From Magnetococcales bacterium (GTDB lineage Bacteria > Pseudomonadota > Magnetococcia > Magnetococcales > JADGBX01), in contig JADGBX010000004.1 of NCBI GenBank assembly GCA_015231265.1, positions 494 through 64,493 of the forward strand: 64,000 nt of DNA. Direction: 5' to 3'. A model generated the notes under the pieces. That model did not search any database, was not told the origin of the DNA, and saw nothing but the letters and a program-made list of their open reading frames with translations. A program made the translations under genes and the position numbers. Positions within the stretch are counted from its first letter, which is position 1, and the number at the start of each line of letters is the position of its first letter. Positions 31,740-41,839 of this stretch are shown here, piece by piece.

Positions 31740-33134
31740 TCAGATGAAGAACGGCCAATAGACCGAAGCGAAAACCAGCATAAGAAAGGTGGACAATAAA
31801 GCCATTTTCCATCCAACCGCGAGAAAGTCCGTCGTCTTAAGATAACCCGAAGCATACACAATGGTACACGCCGGCGTTCCGACGACGGTGAGGTAAGCAA
31901 AGGCAGACGAAATAGCTGTGATGAACCCAATGACAATGGGTGATTCACCAGCTGCTTTTGCCAGATTGAGAACAATCGGCCCAAGAACTGCCACAGCAGC
32001 ACCATTCGACATGGTATTCGTCACACCGGTTGTCAGTGCCGACACCGACAGCCACAACCCGACACCCTCGTCAGCCCCAAGAGGCGTCAACATGGTGAGG
32101 AACGTATTCGCTACCCACTCGGCTGCTCCGGTATTTTTCATTTGAACACCAAGGGAGATTGCAGCGGCATAGAGCAGAACAACGCCCCAGTTCACACCAC
32201 TGTTAAGATCTTCCCAAAGCACGAGACCTGCCACCAGGAACGCTGAGGCACCCAACACTGCGATGGTCCCCATACCAACTTCGCTGGAGACGAAGACCCA
32301 GCCGAAAAGGATGAGCGCGAAAAGGATGATTGACGTCCAATCCCGTGGTTTCAGAGGCCCCTGCTCTTTCACTTGCTCCTTGAGCTTTTCAACCGCAGGG
32401 CTGAGATCGCTGAACTCCGGTTTAAACGTAAAGAAAAGAAGAAGCGTTACAAACGGCAACTGCAATAGAAACATCGGATAGGCGTAGATCATCCAATCTA
32501 CATAGCTGATCGTAAGACCATAAAACTCTTTCCAGTAGCCAATCATGATCGCATTGCGCGCTCCACCCGAAGGCGTACCGATTCCGGCGACCGAACAACC
32601 ATATGCGATGGAAAAGAGAAGAACAGCTGCCAAATTGCGCACCTCCTTGGGATCCTTGGAGGTGAGGGTGATCAGAGTAATACCCACCGGCAACATCATG
32701 GCGGCAACAGTGTGCTCACCGATGAATGAAGCGAGGATGCCCGACACTACAGAGATACCAAAGGCGATGCGGATCGTTTTGGTCCCGGTAACGTTAATGA
32801 TCAACAGAGCAATACGCTTGTCGAGCTTCTGCTTCACGACAGCAACCGCGAGCATCAGCGAGCCCATGATGAAGAGCACGGAGTCGTTCATCAGGCTACG
32901 CGCAACAGTCGATGATGCGATACCAAGCAGCAGCACCTGACCAACAACGATCAACAATGCCACAGTCGGAAGCGGAACCGGTTCGGTCACAAAAAGGATA
33001 GTTGCCACCACAGTCATGGCCAGAACAATCATACCCTCTTCACTCAACCCCTCGGGAAGAGGAAGCGTTAGGATGATGGCACCAACGATAAGCGCAATAA
33101 AAAACCACTTCTTTTCGCGCAAAAACTCTTTCAC
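31740..33134 (-). CDS. SLC13/DASS family sodium-coupled anion symporter
   Basis: TEPVPLP, GTPSGGARNAI, MSNGAAVAVLGP, VGTPAC; many TM helices. Confidence 0.9.
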   Translation of the reverse strand: MKEFLREKKWFFIALIVGAIILTLPLPEGLSEEGMIVLAMTVVATILFVTEPVPLPTVALLIVVGQVLLLGIASSTVARSLMNDSVLFIMGSLMLAVAVVKQKLDKRIALLIINVTGTKTIRIAFGISVVSGILASFIGEHTVAAMMLPVGITLITLTSKDPKEVRNLAAVLLFSIAYGCSVAGIGTPSGGARNAIMIGYWKEFYGLTISYVDWMIYAYPMFLLQLPFVTLLLFFTFKPEFSDLSPAVEKLKEQVKEQGPLKPRDWTSIILFALILFGWVFVSSEVGMGTIAVLGASAFLVAGLVLWEDLNSGVNWGVVLLYAAAISLGVQMKNTGAAEWVANTFLTMLTPLGADEGVGLWLSVSALTTGVTNTMSNGAAVAVLGPIVLNLAKAAGESPIVIGFITAISSAFAYLTVVGTPACTIVYASGYLKTTDFLAVGWKMALLSTFLMLVFASVYWPFFI

Positions 33135-33539
33135 AGTCCACTCTCCATTGCCTCATCCCTGAGCGATTCCCCACAACCATGCGTTCATCTGCAAGCGCAT
33201 CTATGGCATCATGCTTCTCTTAACTCACGAAAAGAGACAGTGCCGCCCACACCGCATGGATCAAAGCATGATCTGGAAATCATTTGGGATTCACGACGAA
33301 TCAAAGCAAACTATTATACATAATTCGACCCAAACGGGAACCGTCCCCGTTCTGTTTTCCACAGGAAAGCAGGCAAGATGTTGAATAAATGGCATCATTC
33401 TTGATTGATTCACAACCATCTACAAATTATAACTGTTATTACATATTTATAGTGCTGATTATTAAAGCTAATCCCTACTTCCGTATAGTCACAATAACTA
33501 TTAGTCAGGATCACTTCACAGATCGCCCATACACTCTTT

Positions 33540-33788
33540 TCAGCGCATCCCGAGAGCCTGCTTGTAGAGGTGAAGCAGTGCCTCTTCTTCATCAACCTGA
33601 TGCTGATCCATTTTTCGAAGCCGGATAATCTGACGCATCACTTTTGGTTCGAAACCACCGTTCTTCGCTTCGGCATAGATCTCGCGGATACTGGCCCCAA
33701 TCTCAGATTTTTCCTCTTCAAGACGTTCAATTCTTTCAACAAAAATACGAAGCTCTTCATGCTCGATCTCAGGGCTGCTCTCCGACAT
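33540..33788 (-). CDS. DUF2312 / GapR-like nucleoid-associated DNA-binding protein
   Basis: [40 protein letters not shown]; start moved to MSESS after a GGAGAG RBS. Confidence 0.92.
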   Translation of the reverse strand: MSESSPEIEHEELRIFVERIERLEEEKSEIGASIREIYAEAKNGGFEPKVMRQIIRLRKMDQHQVDEEEALLHLYKQALGMR

Positions 33789-34068
33789 TGTTCTCTCTCC
33801 TGTAATAGCTCTCATACACGCTGAACGCACCGTTCATACCTACAAGAACAGCACTGGACACAGCCGATGATTCCTCTGCAACGCACAACTGTCAAGCAAC
33901 TCACCACCCCATCAGGAGAGCGCCCAACCATACAAAAAACGTGAAGGGATCGTAAATATATCAGCAAGAGCTGCCAAAAACGTGCATAATCAAATTTCTT
34001 GAACACGATGCTTGAGTTGTTTTGCTTGGCATCTGACGATTAACGCAAGAATTTCAGGAATAGATTGC

Positions 34069-35790
34069 ATGGTTACCGAAGCGAAAACACCCCATCCGGC
34101 TCAAAACGACGACACGCTTGGAGAGATTCTCCAGCTCCTGAAAGAGATCCCGGAGATCAGCCATGACGGCTTCTCCAATATTACGGATCATATGGGAAAT
34201 TTCTCCAGCAGTTTTGCAACGGGTGCCACACGATCGATCTCCATTACGGAGCTGATCGAGTCGGATGGCGATATGGGGTTGACGCCCCTGCGTAATGACC
34301 TCCGCAAGGTAAACCGTGAGATCAGCGGCGCCTTCAAGTCCCTGGATACTCTTGTCGAACAGCAGCAAGGATTTCTTACCCTCATCAACAAGACACTGGA
34401 ATGGGCACTCACTCTGGAGCAGGACGCCTTTCTGCCACCCATCGTCGATCAGATCAAAGCTCAAAGCGGCGAACGCCTGGAAATCCAGACGCTCGGAGCG
34501 ATCATCGACAGCCTGATTCAACAGACCCGCCCCTTGATCCATGATGTAATCATGGCGAGTGAAGAGGCGACGGATGTGATGAACCATCTTTCCCGCCGCG
34601 TTACTGCCGACCTGGAGTCATCACGTCATGGACTCACAGGAATCAAGAAAAAAACCTCCCAGGGGACACGCACTCTTACCCGTATCGTCAAGGATGTCGG
34701 TTCTATTTGCAGTGCAATGCACGACCGTTCCCGCAAGGTGAATGATATCGTGTTTCAGATGGTGCAATCGATGCAGTATGACGACATCACGGCGCAGCGT
34801 GTACAACATGCGCTCCAAGCTCTGGAGACAGGTCGGGATAAACTGACTACAGAGAAACCGAGCACCAGAGACATCCAATGGTTTACCGTCGCATCGACCA
34901 TTATCATCAACCAACTCCATGCCACACGTGACGATGCAGTCAAAGCGATCAGTGACAGCCGGGAACAGCTTGATCTGATTGCAGAACTGGCCCGTGAACA
35001 GGTCAGTGACGTGAGCACTATCCGGAAACACGGTGTTGCTTTCAGGCAAGAGACGGCAGATGTCACCTATCATCTGACCTCAATGGGCCATTTCAGTGCA
35101 TTTAACGAACGCTTCTCCAATGATGTGCTCAGCGATCTGACAAAGGCTGAGAACGCAATTTTTCAGGCTAAACGGGCGATGAACGTCCTGGCCATGACCA
35201 GCAACCGATTGGAAAAATTGGCCTCTTCCCTGAAAACACAAGGGAGTGAACGGCTGGAAGTACTGACGCGCAACATCATCGCTCTGGCGCAGAAAATACA
35301 GATTGAAGGCCCAAAACAGGTGGCAGCTTTCAACAAAGCTTCTGTCAAACTTCATAGCATCAGCATGACTTTTTCGGACAAGGTAACTCCCAAGCTGATG
35401 CGCACCAACAGCCTGTTACGACGCGTTCCACTCACCACCAAACAGCTGGATAGCAACAACGAAGATCTGATCTCGGAGATGAATGAGACTCTTGGTGATG
35501 CACAGGCTACGGCTATTCAGATCATGCTCCTGGTCACAGAGATGGATTTCCACGAGGAGATTCATGACCATGTGGAAACTGCAACGCGCCTACTCAATAG
35601 ACTTCTGGAAGATCTTGGTATTTCCCCAGGCTCTCTGAGCGACAAGGAGTTGGCAGAATTGACAAATGAGTTTGAGGATCTCGCCAACATGTACACCATG
35701 GAGAGCGAACGGCGGGTTCACAACGCTGCGCTTGATCAAGGCGATGGGCATGCTGATGAGGACGATGATGATGGCATAGAGCTGTTCTGA
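34069..35790 (+). CDS. Soluble all-helical chemotaxis-associated protein (MCP-like/CheZ-like)
   Basis: Coiled-coil, no TM; MQYDDITAQRVQH motif; C-terminal YTMESERRVH...DDDDGIELF. Confidence 0.6.
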   Translation: MVTEAKTPHPAQNDDTLGEILQLLKEIPEISHDGFSNITDHMGNFSSSFATGATRSISITELIESDGDMGLTPLRNDLRKVNREISGAFKSLDTLVEQQQGFLTLINKTLEWALTLEQDAFLPPIVDQIKAQSGERLEIQTLGAIIDSLIQQTRPLIHDVIMASEEATDVMNHLSRRVTADLESSRHGLTGIKKKTSQGTRTLTRIVKDVGSICSAMHDRSRKVNDIVFQMVQSMQYDDITAQRVQHALQALETGRDKLTTEKPSTRDIQWFTVASTIIINQLHATRDDAVKAISDSREQLDLIAELAREQVSDVSTIRKHGVAFRQETADVTYHLTSMGHFSAFNERFSNDVLSDLTKAENAIFQAKRAMNVLAMTSNRLEKLASSLKTQGSERLEVLTRNIIALAQKIQIEGPKQVAAFNKASVKLHSISMTFSDKVTPKLMRTNSLLRRVPLTTKQLDSNNEDLISEMNETLGDAQATAIQIMLLVTEMDFHEEIHDHVETATRLLNRLLEDLGISPGSLSDKELAELTNEFEDLANMYTMESERRVHNAALDQGDGHADEDDDDGIELF

Positions 35791-35814
35791 ACCTCCAACA
35801 AGATCGCTTAATCC

Positions 35815-35865
35815 AAAAAAAGCGCCGGAGACCACATCAACTGGGTTCCGGCGCTTTCTCTTTTT
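35815..35865. terminator. Probable bidirectional terminator
   Basis: AAAAAAAGCGCCGGA...TCCGGCGCTTTCTCTTTTT between convergent genes. Confidence 0.75.
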
Positions 35866-35885
35866 AAGGGCTATAAATGGCTTAT

Positions 35886-37862
35886 TTACTTGCTGGACAG
35901 CGCCAACAGCAGACCATTTAGCCGTTTGACGTAACCCGCAGGATCCTCCAACTGTCCCCCTTCACCGAGCAGTGCCTGATCAAACAGTACGTTGGCCCAA
36001 TCTCCAAAGCGAGCCTCATCGCTCTCCTTCTCCATCACCTGCATCAGGGGGTGGTCGGGATTGAGTTCCAAGATCCGTTTTGTGGCGGGCACATCCTGTC
36101 CAGCCTCTTTCAAAATCCTCTCCAGAGAGGCACTCATATCGTGGTCATCACTGACCAGACAGGAGGGGGAGTCCGTGAGCCGGGCCGAGGAACGCACATC
36201 CTTGATGCGATCGCCCAACGTTCCCTTCACCCGTTCGATAACCCCATCGATGCTGGATGCTTCCTTCTCTTCACTCTCAGATGCCTTCTCTTCATCGTCG
36301 GAAACCTCTTCTCCACCCAGCTTGGAGAGATCAAGATCACCCTTGGTCACAGACTGCAACGGCTTCCCATCGAACTCATTGAGGTGGGTCACCAGCCACT
36401 CATCAACCCGATCGGTAAGCAGTAGCACTTCAATGCCCTTACGACGGAAGATCTCCAGATGGGGACTGCTGGAAGCGGCTGCACTATTCTCAGCATTGAC
36501 GTAATAGATCGCCTCCTGCCCTTCTTTCATTCTCTCGATATACGCCTGTAGAGAAATTCTCTGCTCGGCAACATCGTCATGGGTCGTTGAGAAGCGCAAC
36601 AGCTTGGCAATGCGATCCTTATTGGCGGCATCTTCTATGATGCCCTCTTTGATCACCATGCCGAAGGTTTTCCAGAAATCGTTGTATTTGCTTTCGTCTT
36701 CGTCTTTAGCCAACGTCTCCATCAACCCAAGAACCTTACTCACTGCCCCCTTGCGAATGGCACTCATCACCCGGTTCTGCTGCAGAATCTCACGGGAGAC
36801 GTTAAGCGGCAGATCGGAGGAGTCCACCACACCGCGAATAAACCGCAGATATCGGGGCATGAGATCCTCTGAGCCCTCCGTGATGAAGACGCGGCGCACA
36901 TAGAGACGGACACCATCCTTCTGCTCTCGATCCCAGAGGTTGAACGGGGGGCGTTTCGGGATGTAGAGAAGCAGCGTGTATTCGTAGTTGCCTTCGAGGC
37001 GGGCATGAATATGGCTCAGTGGCTCGTCGAAATCGTGAGAGACATGTTTGTAGAACTCCGTATACTCCTCATCGCTGATTTCCGACTTCGAACGAGTCCA
37101 GAGGGCGGAGGCCTGGTTGATCTTCTCCCACTCGGGCTTCTGCTCACCTTCACCATCCGCTTTGCTTTCAGCCTCCTTTTCACCCTCCTCTTCATCAGGA
37201 ATCGTCTCTTCAGGGGGGATCGGCATCATGATCGGCCAGGCGACATGATCGGAGAATTTCCGAATGATCGACTTCAGGCGCCAGCCATCGATAAACTCAT
37301 CCTGATCTTCACGCAGATGCAGAATGACATCCGTTCCACGCTGGGCTTTAGAAACGGTCTCAATAGTGAATTCACCATCCCCCTTCGAGGACCAGCGAAT
37401 CGCGGCACTCTCTTCGGTACCAGCACGACGGGTCAGAACAGTGACCCGGTCGGCAACGATGAAAGCCGAGTAGAAACCGACGCCGAACTGACCAATCATC
37501 TGCGCGTCGCTGGCCTGATCTCCCGAAAGAGACGAGAGGAACTCCTTGGTCCCGGAGCGAGCGATTGTGCCCAAGTTCGCGATCACCTCATCGTGATCCA
37601 TCCCGATGCCGGCATCAGAGATCGTGAGGGTCCGAGACTCCTTGTCGAACGAGAGACGGATCTCCAATGAGGAGTCTCCTTCATAGAGTCCATCATCGGA
37701 AAGTGCGGCAAAACGGAGCTTGTCAGATGCATCGGAGGCATTTGAGATCAGCTCGCGAAGAAAGATCTCCTTGTTGCTGTAGAGCGAGTGAATCATAAGA
37801 TCCAGAAGCTGCCGAACCTCAGTCTGAAAAGCGTGTGTCTCTTGGCCGGTTGTGGTGGTCAT
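35886..37862 (-). CDS. htpG: Molecular chaperone HtpG (Hsp90)
   Basis: FQTEVRQLLDLMIHSLYSNKEIFLRELISNASDA, IGQFGVGFYSAF, DLPLNVSREILQ. Confidence 0.98.
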   Translation of the reverse strand: MTTTTGQETHAFQTEVRQLLDLMIHSLYSNKEIFLRELISNASDASDKLRFAALSDDGLYEGDSSLEIRLSFDKESRTLTISDAGIGMDHDEVIANLGTIARSGTKEFLSSLSGDQASDAQMIGQFGVGFYSAFIVADRVTVLTRRAGTEESAAIRWSSKGDGEFTIETVSKAQRGTDVILHLREDQDEFIDGWRLKSIIRKFSDHVAWPIMMPIPPEETIPDEEEGEKEAESKADGEGEQKPEWEKINQASALWTRSKSEISDEEYTEFYKHVSHDFDEPLSHIHARLEGNYEYTLLLYIPKRPPFNLWDREQKDGVRLYVRRVFITEGSEDLMPRYLRFIRGVVDSSDLPLNVSREILQQNRVMSAIRKGAVSKVLGLMETLAKDEDESKYNDFWKTFGMVIKEGIIEDAANKDRIAKLLRFSTTHDDVAEQRISLQAYIERMKEGQEAIYYVNAENSAAASSSPHLEIFRRKGIEVLLLTDRVDEWLVTHLNEFDGKPLQSVTKGDLDLSKLGGEEVSDDEEKASESEEKEASSIDGVIERVKGTLGDRIKDVRSSARLTDSPSCLVSDDHDMSASLERILKEAGQDVPATKRILELNPDHPLMQVMEKESDEARFGDWANVLFDQALLGEGGQLEDPAGYVKRLNGLLLALSSK

Positions 37863-38276
37863 GATCTGCTAGTGCCTCGTATGAGCTTGACGTATCAAAA
37901 AGTAGACAGAATTGGTATATCGAACGACCTGTGAGCTGCATCCATCCGCAATTCAACATGGGAAGCGACTCCTCATATGGAGTGGTACACGAATAGTTTG
38001 CCGCACAGTATCCTTAAGAGGATCAGTTCTCTTATTGCTCAACTCTTTTTCGTGCAATAACACGGGTCATTGCGCGTGTATATTGGCATGCACGGAAACG
38101 AAGTCCACCCCTCCAGGCCATTTTTTTCATTTCATGAGAAACAGGCAACAGCCGTGATAGAGGTGGATGACGGTGGAAATACAGGATGATGACGCTCTTT
38201 TCCCAATGGTCTGGTGGTCACACATGGTATATTGGTTGGGTGATGACGCTAACGTTCTGCCTTGAAGAGACTCTCC

Positions 38277-39248
38277 ATGCCTCGACCAAAATCAAGGATT
38301 ACTCAATATACTGTCCAAGACGCCTATCAGTACATTGAACGGGCACTCTCCGGTCAGAGGTTGGAGTTGAAAAAGAAGAATGCAGAAGAGCTTTTCCACG
38401 CAATTTCTCTTGATGATCACGCCCAGGCAGCGTTGCAACTTCAGAACTGGATAGACGATTACATGCCGGAGGCCAACAGGCGCAGAATGCTGGGGTCTCT
38501 GCGTCAGGCTAAGTTCGCAAGAGAGTCAAAAATCGTCAATTTAACGGTAACCAGTGACACTTCACAACATCTTGACCACTTTCAGAAAAAACATGGTCAC
38601 TCCTCGCGTAATGAAGCTCTCAATGCTCTTCTCAAAGAACTCGATCGTATCGAGGCACAGCACTCTCCCCCTACACCGGGAGCACCAACTACTGATAAGA
38701 GAGCAATAGAACCTCAAACCGACTCTCAAGCCACCCAATCCGACCCCAACACTAGAGCAGACAAAACCGCAACACCCTCGCTTCCTCTTTCATCACCCAC
38801 GCTCTCCAACAGGAGGACACGACAAGCAGAGCAACATAATCCACAGAGAGAGATCGCACTTATCGCTTTGGAACGCAAACATCAACGGATGTTGATCAGT
38901 GCAATTCTCCTTGTCTTTTTTGCTCTTGCTTTAGGTTACTTCTTCGGAATTGGCAAGCACAGAATTGATCGCATCGCAGAGAAACCGGATCAGCTTTCCA
39001 TCGTCGATCCTGAAGCACTCCTCGATCCCAACAAACGCCCTTTGGTCAGAATCGGCAATGGCAACACCTGGATGCGACTGGTACCACTGGAAGATGCACC
39101 GATCTCCAAAGCCCCCTCGGTTACATCAACACCTCTGATGGAAGTCCCCACACACTCCAAAAAGCCGGGTGAAAACACACTGTTGGAAACAGAGCCTATT
39201 ACTACTTTGCAAATGAGCTACACCCTGGATCCGGTATCTGACCCATAG
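38277..39248 (+). CDS. Hypothetical membrane protein with MatP-like N-terminal DNA-binding/RHH region, disordered linker and one TM helix
   Basis: LQNWIDDYMPEANRRRMLGSLRQAKF..KIVNLTV..LDHFQKKHG..SRNEALNALL resembles the MatP helical bundle plus RHH; S/T/P/Q linker; TM MLISAILLVFFALALGYFFGIG. Confidence 0.6.
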   Translation: MPRPKSRITQYTVQDAYQYIERALSGQRLELKKKNAEELFHAISLDDHAQAALQLQNWIDDYMPEANRRRMLGSLRQAKFARESKIVNLTVTSDTSQHLDHFQKKHGHSSRNEALNALLKELDRIEAQHSPPTPGAPTTDKRAIEPQTDSQATQSDPNTRADKTATPSLPLSSPTLSNRRTRQAEQHNPQREIALIALERKHQRMLISAILLVFFALALGYFFGIGKHRIDRIAEKPDQLSIVDPEALLDPNKRPLVRIGNGNTWMRLVPLEDAPISKAPSVTSTPLMEVPTHSKKPGENTLLETEPITTLQMSYTLDPVSDP

Positions 39249-39259
39249 AGAATCCAGGC

Positions 39260-40774
39260 TTAGCGTCCGGATCGGAGAATCATCTGGTTATCTTTTGAGC
39301 GACTCTCACCCACGGAAGAGACTCGGATTGCAGGAAGATCCTGAACTGGACACTTATTTTCACATATTCCGCAACCGATGCAGAGTTCCGGATCGACAAA
39401 TGGCTGCTTCAACACCTTCACCTGTCCTTCTCGATCAACGACCTTCTTCTTCTGATACCAGATCGCCTTGGGTGACGTTGGGCACATCTCCTCACAGACG
39501 ATACACTCCGTCTGCATGGCCCAAGGCAGACAGCGCCCACGATCATAAAAGGCCGTACCCAGCTTCACTGGCGTTTTGAAGCCTCCAACCCCCACTTTTT
39601 CAGCCACCGAAATGGGCCGGATCGCCGCTGTGGGACACACCTGTCCACACAACACGCAGTGGTGCTCACAATAGCCAAGTTTAGGAATGAGAATCGGTGT
39701 CCACACCCCTTCTATTCCAGACTCCAACAGGGCCGGTTGCAGCACATGCGTGGGACACACCTTCATACAGGCACCACACTTGATGCAACGCGCCAGAAAG
39801 TCAGATTCAGGCAAACTTCCCGGCGGGCGAATGACACCTGGCAGGGGTTCTGTTCGAGAACTATCGGCACTGCTCAACATGGGATGAAACAGTGCTGCAG
39901 CGACCGTGGTCTCAACGAGACGTCTTCGACTCACATCGATAGGGGCGTGAATGGAGCTTTTCTCCCCTGGTAATCCGAAATGCAGAGCGTCATGGGGACA
40001 CTCTCGGATACAGTTGAGACAAACATGGCACTCGGAGATGCGCAGCTCTCCCTGAGGATCACACGCTCCCTGGCAGTGACGCATGCACGCCATACAGTCG
40101 GTGCAGCGATCCACATTGCGGCGAATCCGGAACGGCGCCCGCCAGGACAGCACTCCCAACAGAGCGCCCAAGGGACAGAGCGTGCGACACCAGAACCTGG
40201 GAATGAATCGATTAGCTAGAATCAGAGCGATGAAGATCAACGCCAAACCAACACCGCCATGAACCAACATCTGTGACGTTCCAAGGGGTAGATTCCACTG
40301 TTGCAAGGCTGGAAATATCCCCAGAATGAAAGAGCGCGTTATGAGCGCCAATGGATCGAACAGCCCGATCTGCAAAGCACCAAACAGTGATAACACCAGA
40401 AGTGACAGAAGAATGTAATACTTGAGTGAGAAATATGAACGATAACGGTTGCGTGCGTAATCTTCCTTCGGTCGCAGAAAGGAGAAGAGGTAGCCCGTAA
40501 ACTGATTCAATATCCCCAGTGGACAGATCCAGGAACAGAAGAATCGACCAAAAAACAGTGTTAAAACAACAATTAGAACTGACCACGCCAAAGCACTGTA
40601 GAGCATGCCACTGGTCAAAATCACCGAGAGACCGGTCAGAGGATCCAACGCCAGAAGCCAATCGGTCTCATACCCTTGAAGATCCTCCCCATTCATCATA
40701 GTGAGGAAAAACAGAAACAGAGCAAAGAAGAAGATCGCATAGAGACGACGAATGGCACGCAGATCAGGAATCAT
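39260..40774 (-). CDS. Membrane polyferredoxin, NapH/MauN-like fused to NapG/MauM-like domain
   Basis: GRFFCSWICPLG, RFWCRTLCPLG, several CxxCxxC motifs, IRPPGS..FLARCIKCGACMKVCP, CIGCGICENKCP. Confidence 0.88.
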   Translation of the reverse strand: MIPDLRAIRRLYAIFFFALFLFFLTMMNGEDLQGYETDWLLALDPLTGLSVILTSGMLYSALAWSVLIVVLTLFFGRFFCSWICPLGILNQFTGYLFSFLRPKEDYARNRYRSYFSLKYYILLSLLVLSLFGALQIGLFDPLALITRSFILGIFPALQQWNLPLGTSQMLVHGGVGLALIFIALILANRFIPRFWCRTLCPLGALLGVLSWRAPFRIRRNVDRCTDCMACMRHCQGACDPQGELRISECHVCLNCIRECPHDALHFGLPGEKSSIHAPIDVSRRRLVETTVAAALFHPMLSSADSSRTEPLPGVIRPPGSLPESDFLARCIKCGACMKVCPTHVLQPALLESGIEGVWTPILIPKLGYCEHHCVLCGQVCPTAAIRPISVAEKVGVGGFKTPVKLGTAFYDRGRCLPWAMQTECIVCEEMCPTSPKAIWYQKKKVVDREGQVKVLKQPFVDPELCIGCGICENKCPVQDLPAIRVSSVGESRSKDNQMILRSGR

Positions 40775-40780
40775 GGTGTG

Positions 40781-41839
40781 TTATCCGATCTGTTGTTCAT
40801 GAATACGCACCTTCGAGAGATCGGCCATACCGAGCCCCCTTGCCTGGGCATAGGCAAGAAATGGAATCTCCTCGGGTGTTTTATCCAACAGGCGCAGACT
40901 CCAGGCATCCACGGCAACCTCATCCACACCGGCAATCAACGTGTCACGTCGAGCGACATCATCTAGACTGCCACCGGTGGGACCATTCCGTAACAACACC
41001 CGAGTGGCATCCATCACGGTGAGTGTCGGACGGAAAGTAGCTCCAAGATCAGCAATGGAGACATGGATATCCTGATGCAGACGATTGCGTGCACCACCAA
41101 TGGCCCCGAACCAATTTTTCATGGCCAGAGTGGCGCCGGATAGGGAATGGTGTTTGACGATCGGGAGGTTGATCACTCTGTCCACTTGATGAAAAATCTC
41201 CGCCACCGGCCAGCTCTTCAGTCGATCCCCTTTCATAACCGTTGCCACGAAATCCCTCTCCGTTGGAATCACCACTTCAGCTCCGGCTTTGAGCGCGATA
41301 GGCCCAATGCCTGAGCGGTGAAAACAGCGCTTAGGGTCATTGAGGGAAACATCGGTCACCAACACCTTTCCAGCTCCGGCCTCCCTACAGGCCACAACCA
41401 TCGCTTCGACCAGTTCCGGTCCGGTGTTTGCCGCCTGTTCAGGTTGCCTATCCCAACCGATATTGGGTTTGAGAAGGACACGCTCTCCTGGCTTAATGAA
41501 CGCTTCAAGCCCGCCTAGTTGCGTTAAAAGCGCGCGAACCATTCGGGTATGATCACTCCCTCGAACGACGGCAATCTCGGAACCGATCGCGGTGGGATCC
41601 ATTCGAAATTCTTTCAGATCCTTAAGAATTTCCTTTTTTTCGTAATAGGGGGTTTCATCATAGAACCAATAGCCACCCGCAGCGAACCCTGCTGCAAGGG
41701 CAGCCGTCAAGCTGGTCTCCTTCAGAAACGCCCGCCGACTAAGAACCGGTTCAGTACGGTTGTGAACCGTTTTCTTCTTGCGGGGACGTCTCTTCCGGCT
41801 GGATTGGGTTGTTGTTTTCGTCTTGTTCGTGTGTACCAT
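40781..41839 (-). CDS. DUF362-domain protein with twin-arginine motif
   Basis: SRRAFLK plus hydrophobic stretch; VLLKPNIGWD..ANT.P, NLPIVKHH..TLAMKN..G; start uncertain (41839 or 41872). Confidence 0.85.
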   Translation of the reverse strand: MVHTNKTKTTTQSSRKRRPRKKKTVHNRTEPVLSRRAFLKETSLTAALAAGFAAGGYWFYDETPYYEKKEILKDLKEFRMDPTAIGSEIAVVRGSDHTRMVRALLTQLGGLEAFIKPGERVLLKPNIGWDRQPEQAANTGPELVEAMVVACREAGAGKVLVTDVSLNDPKRCFHRSGIGPIALKAGAEVVIPTERDFVATVMKGDRLKSWPVAEIFHQVDRVINLPIVKHHSLSGATLAMKNWFGAIGGARNRLHQDIHVSIADLGATFRPTLTVMDATRVLLRNGPTGGSLDDVARRDTLIAGVDEVAVDAWSLRLLDKTPEEIPFLAYAQARGLGMADLSKVRIHEQQIG

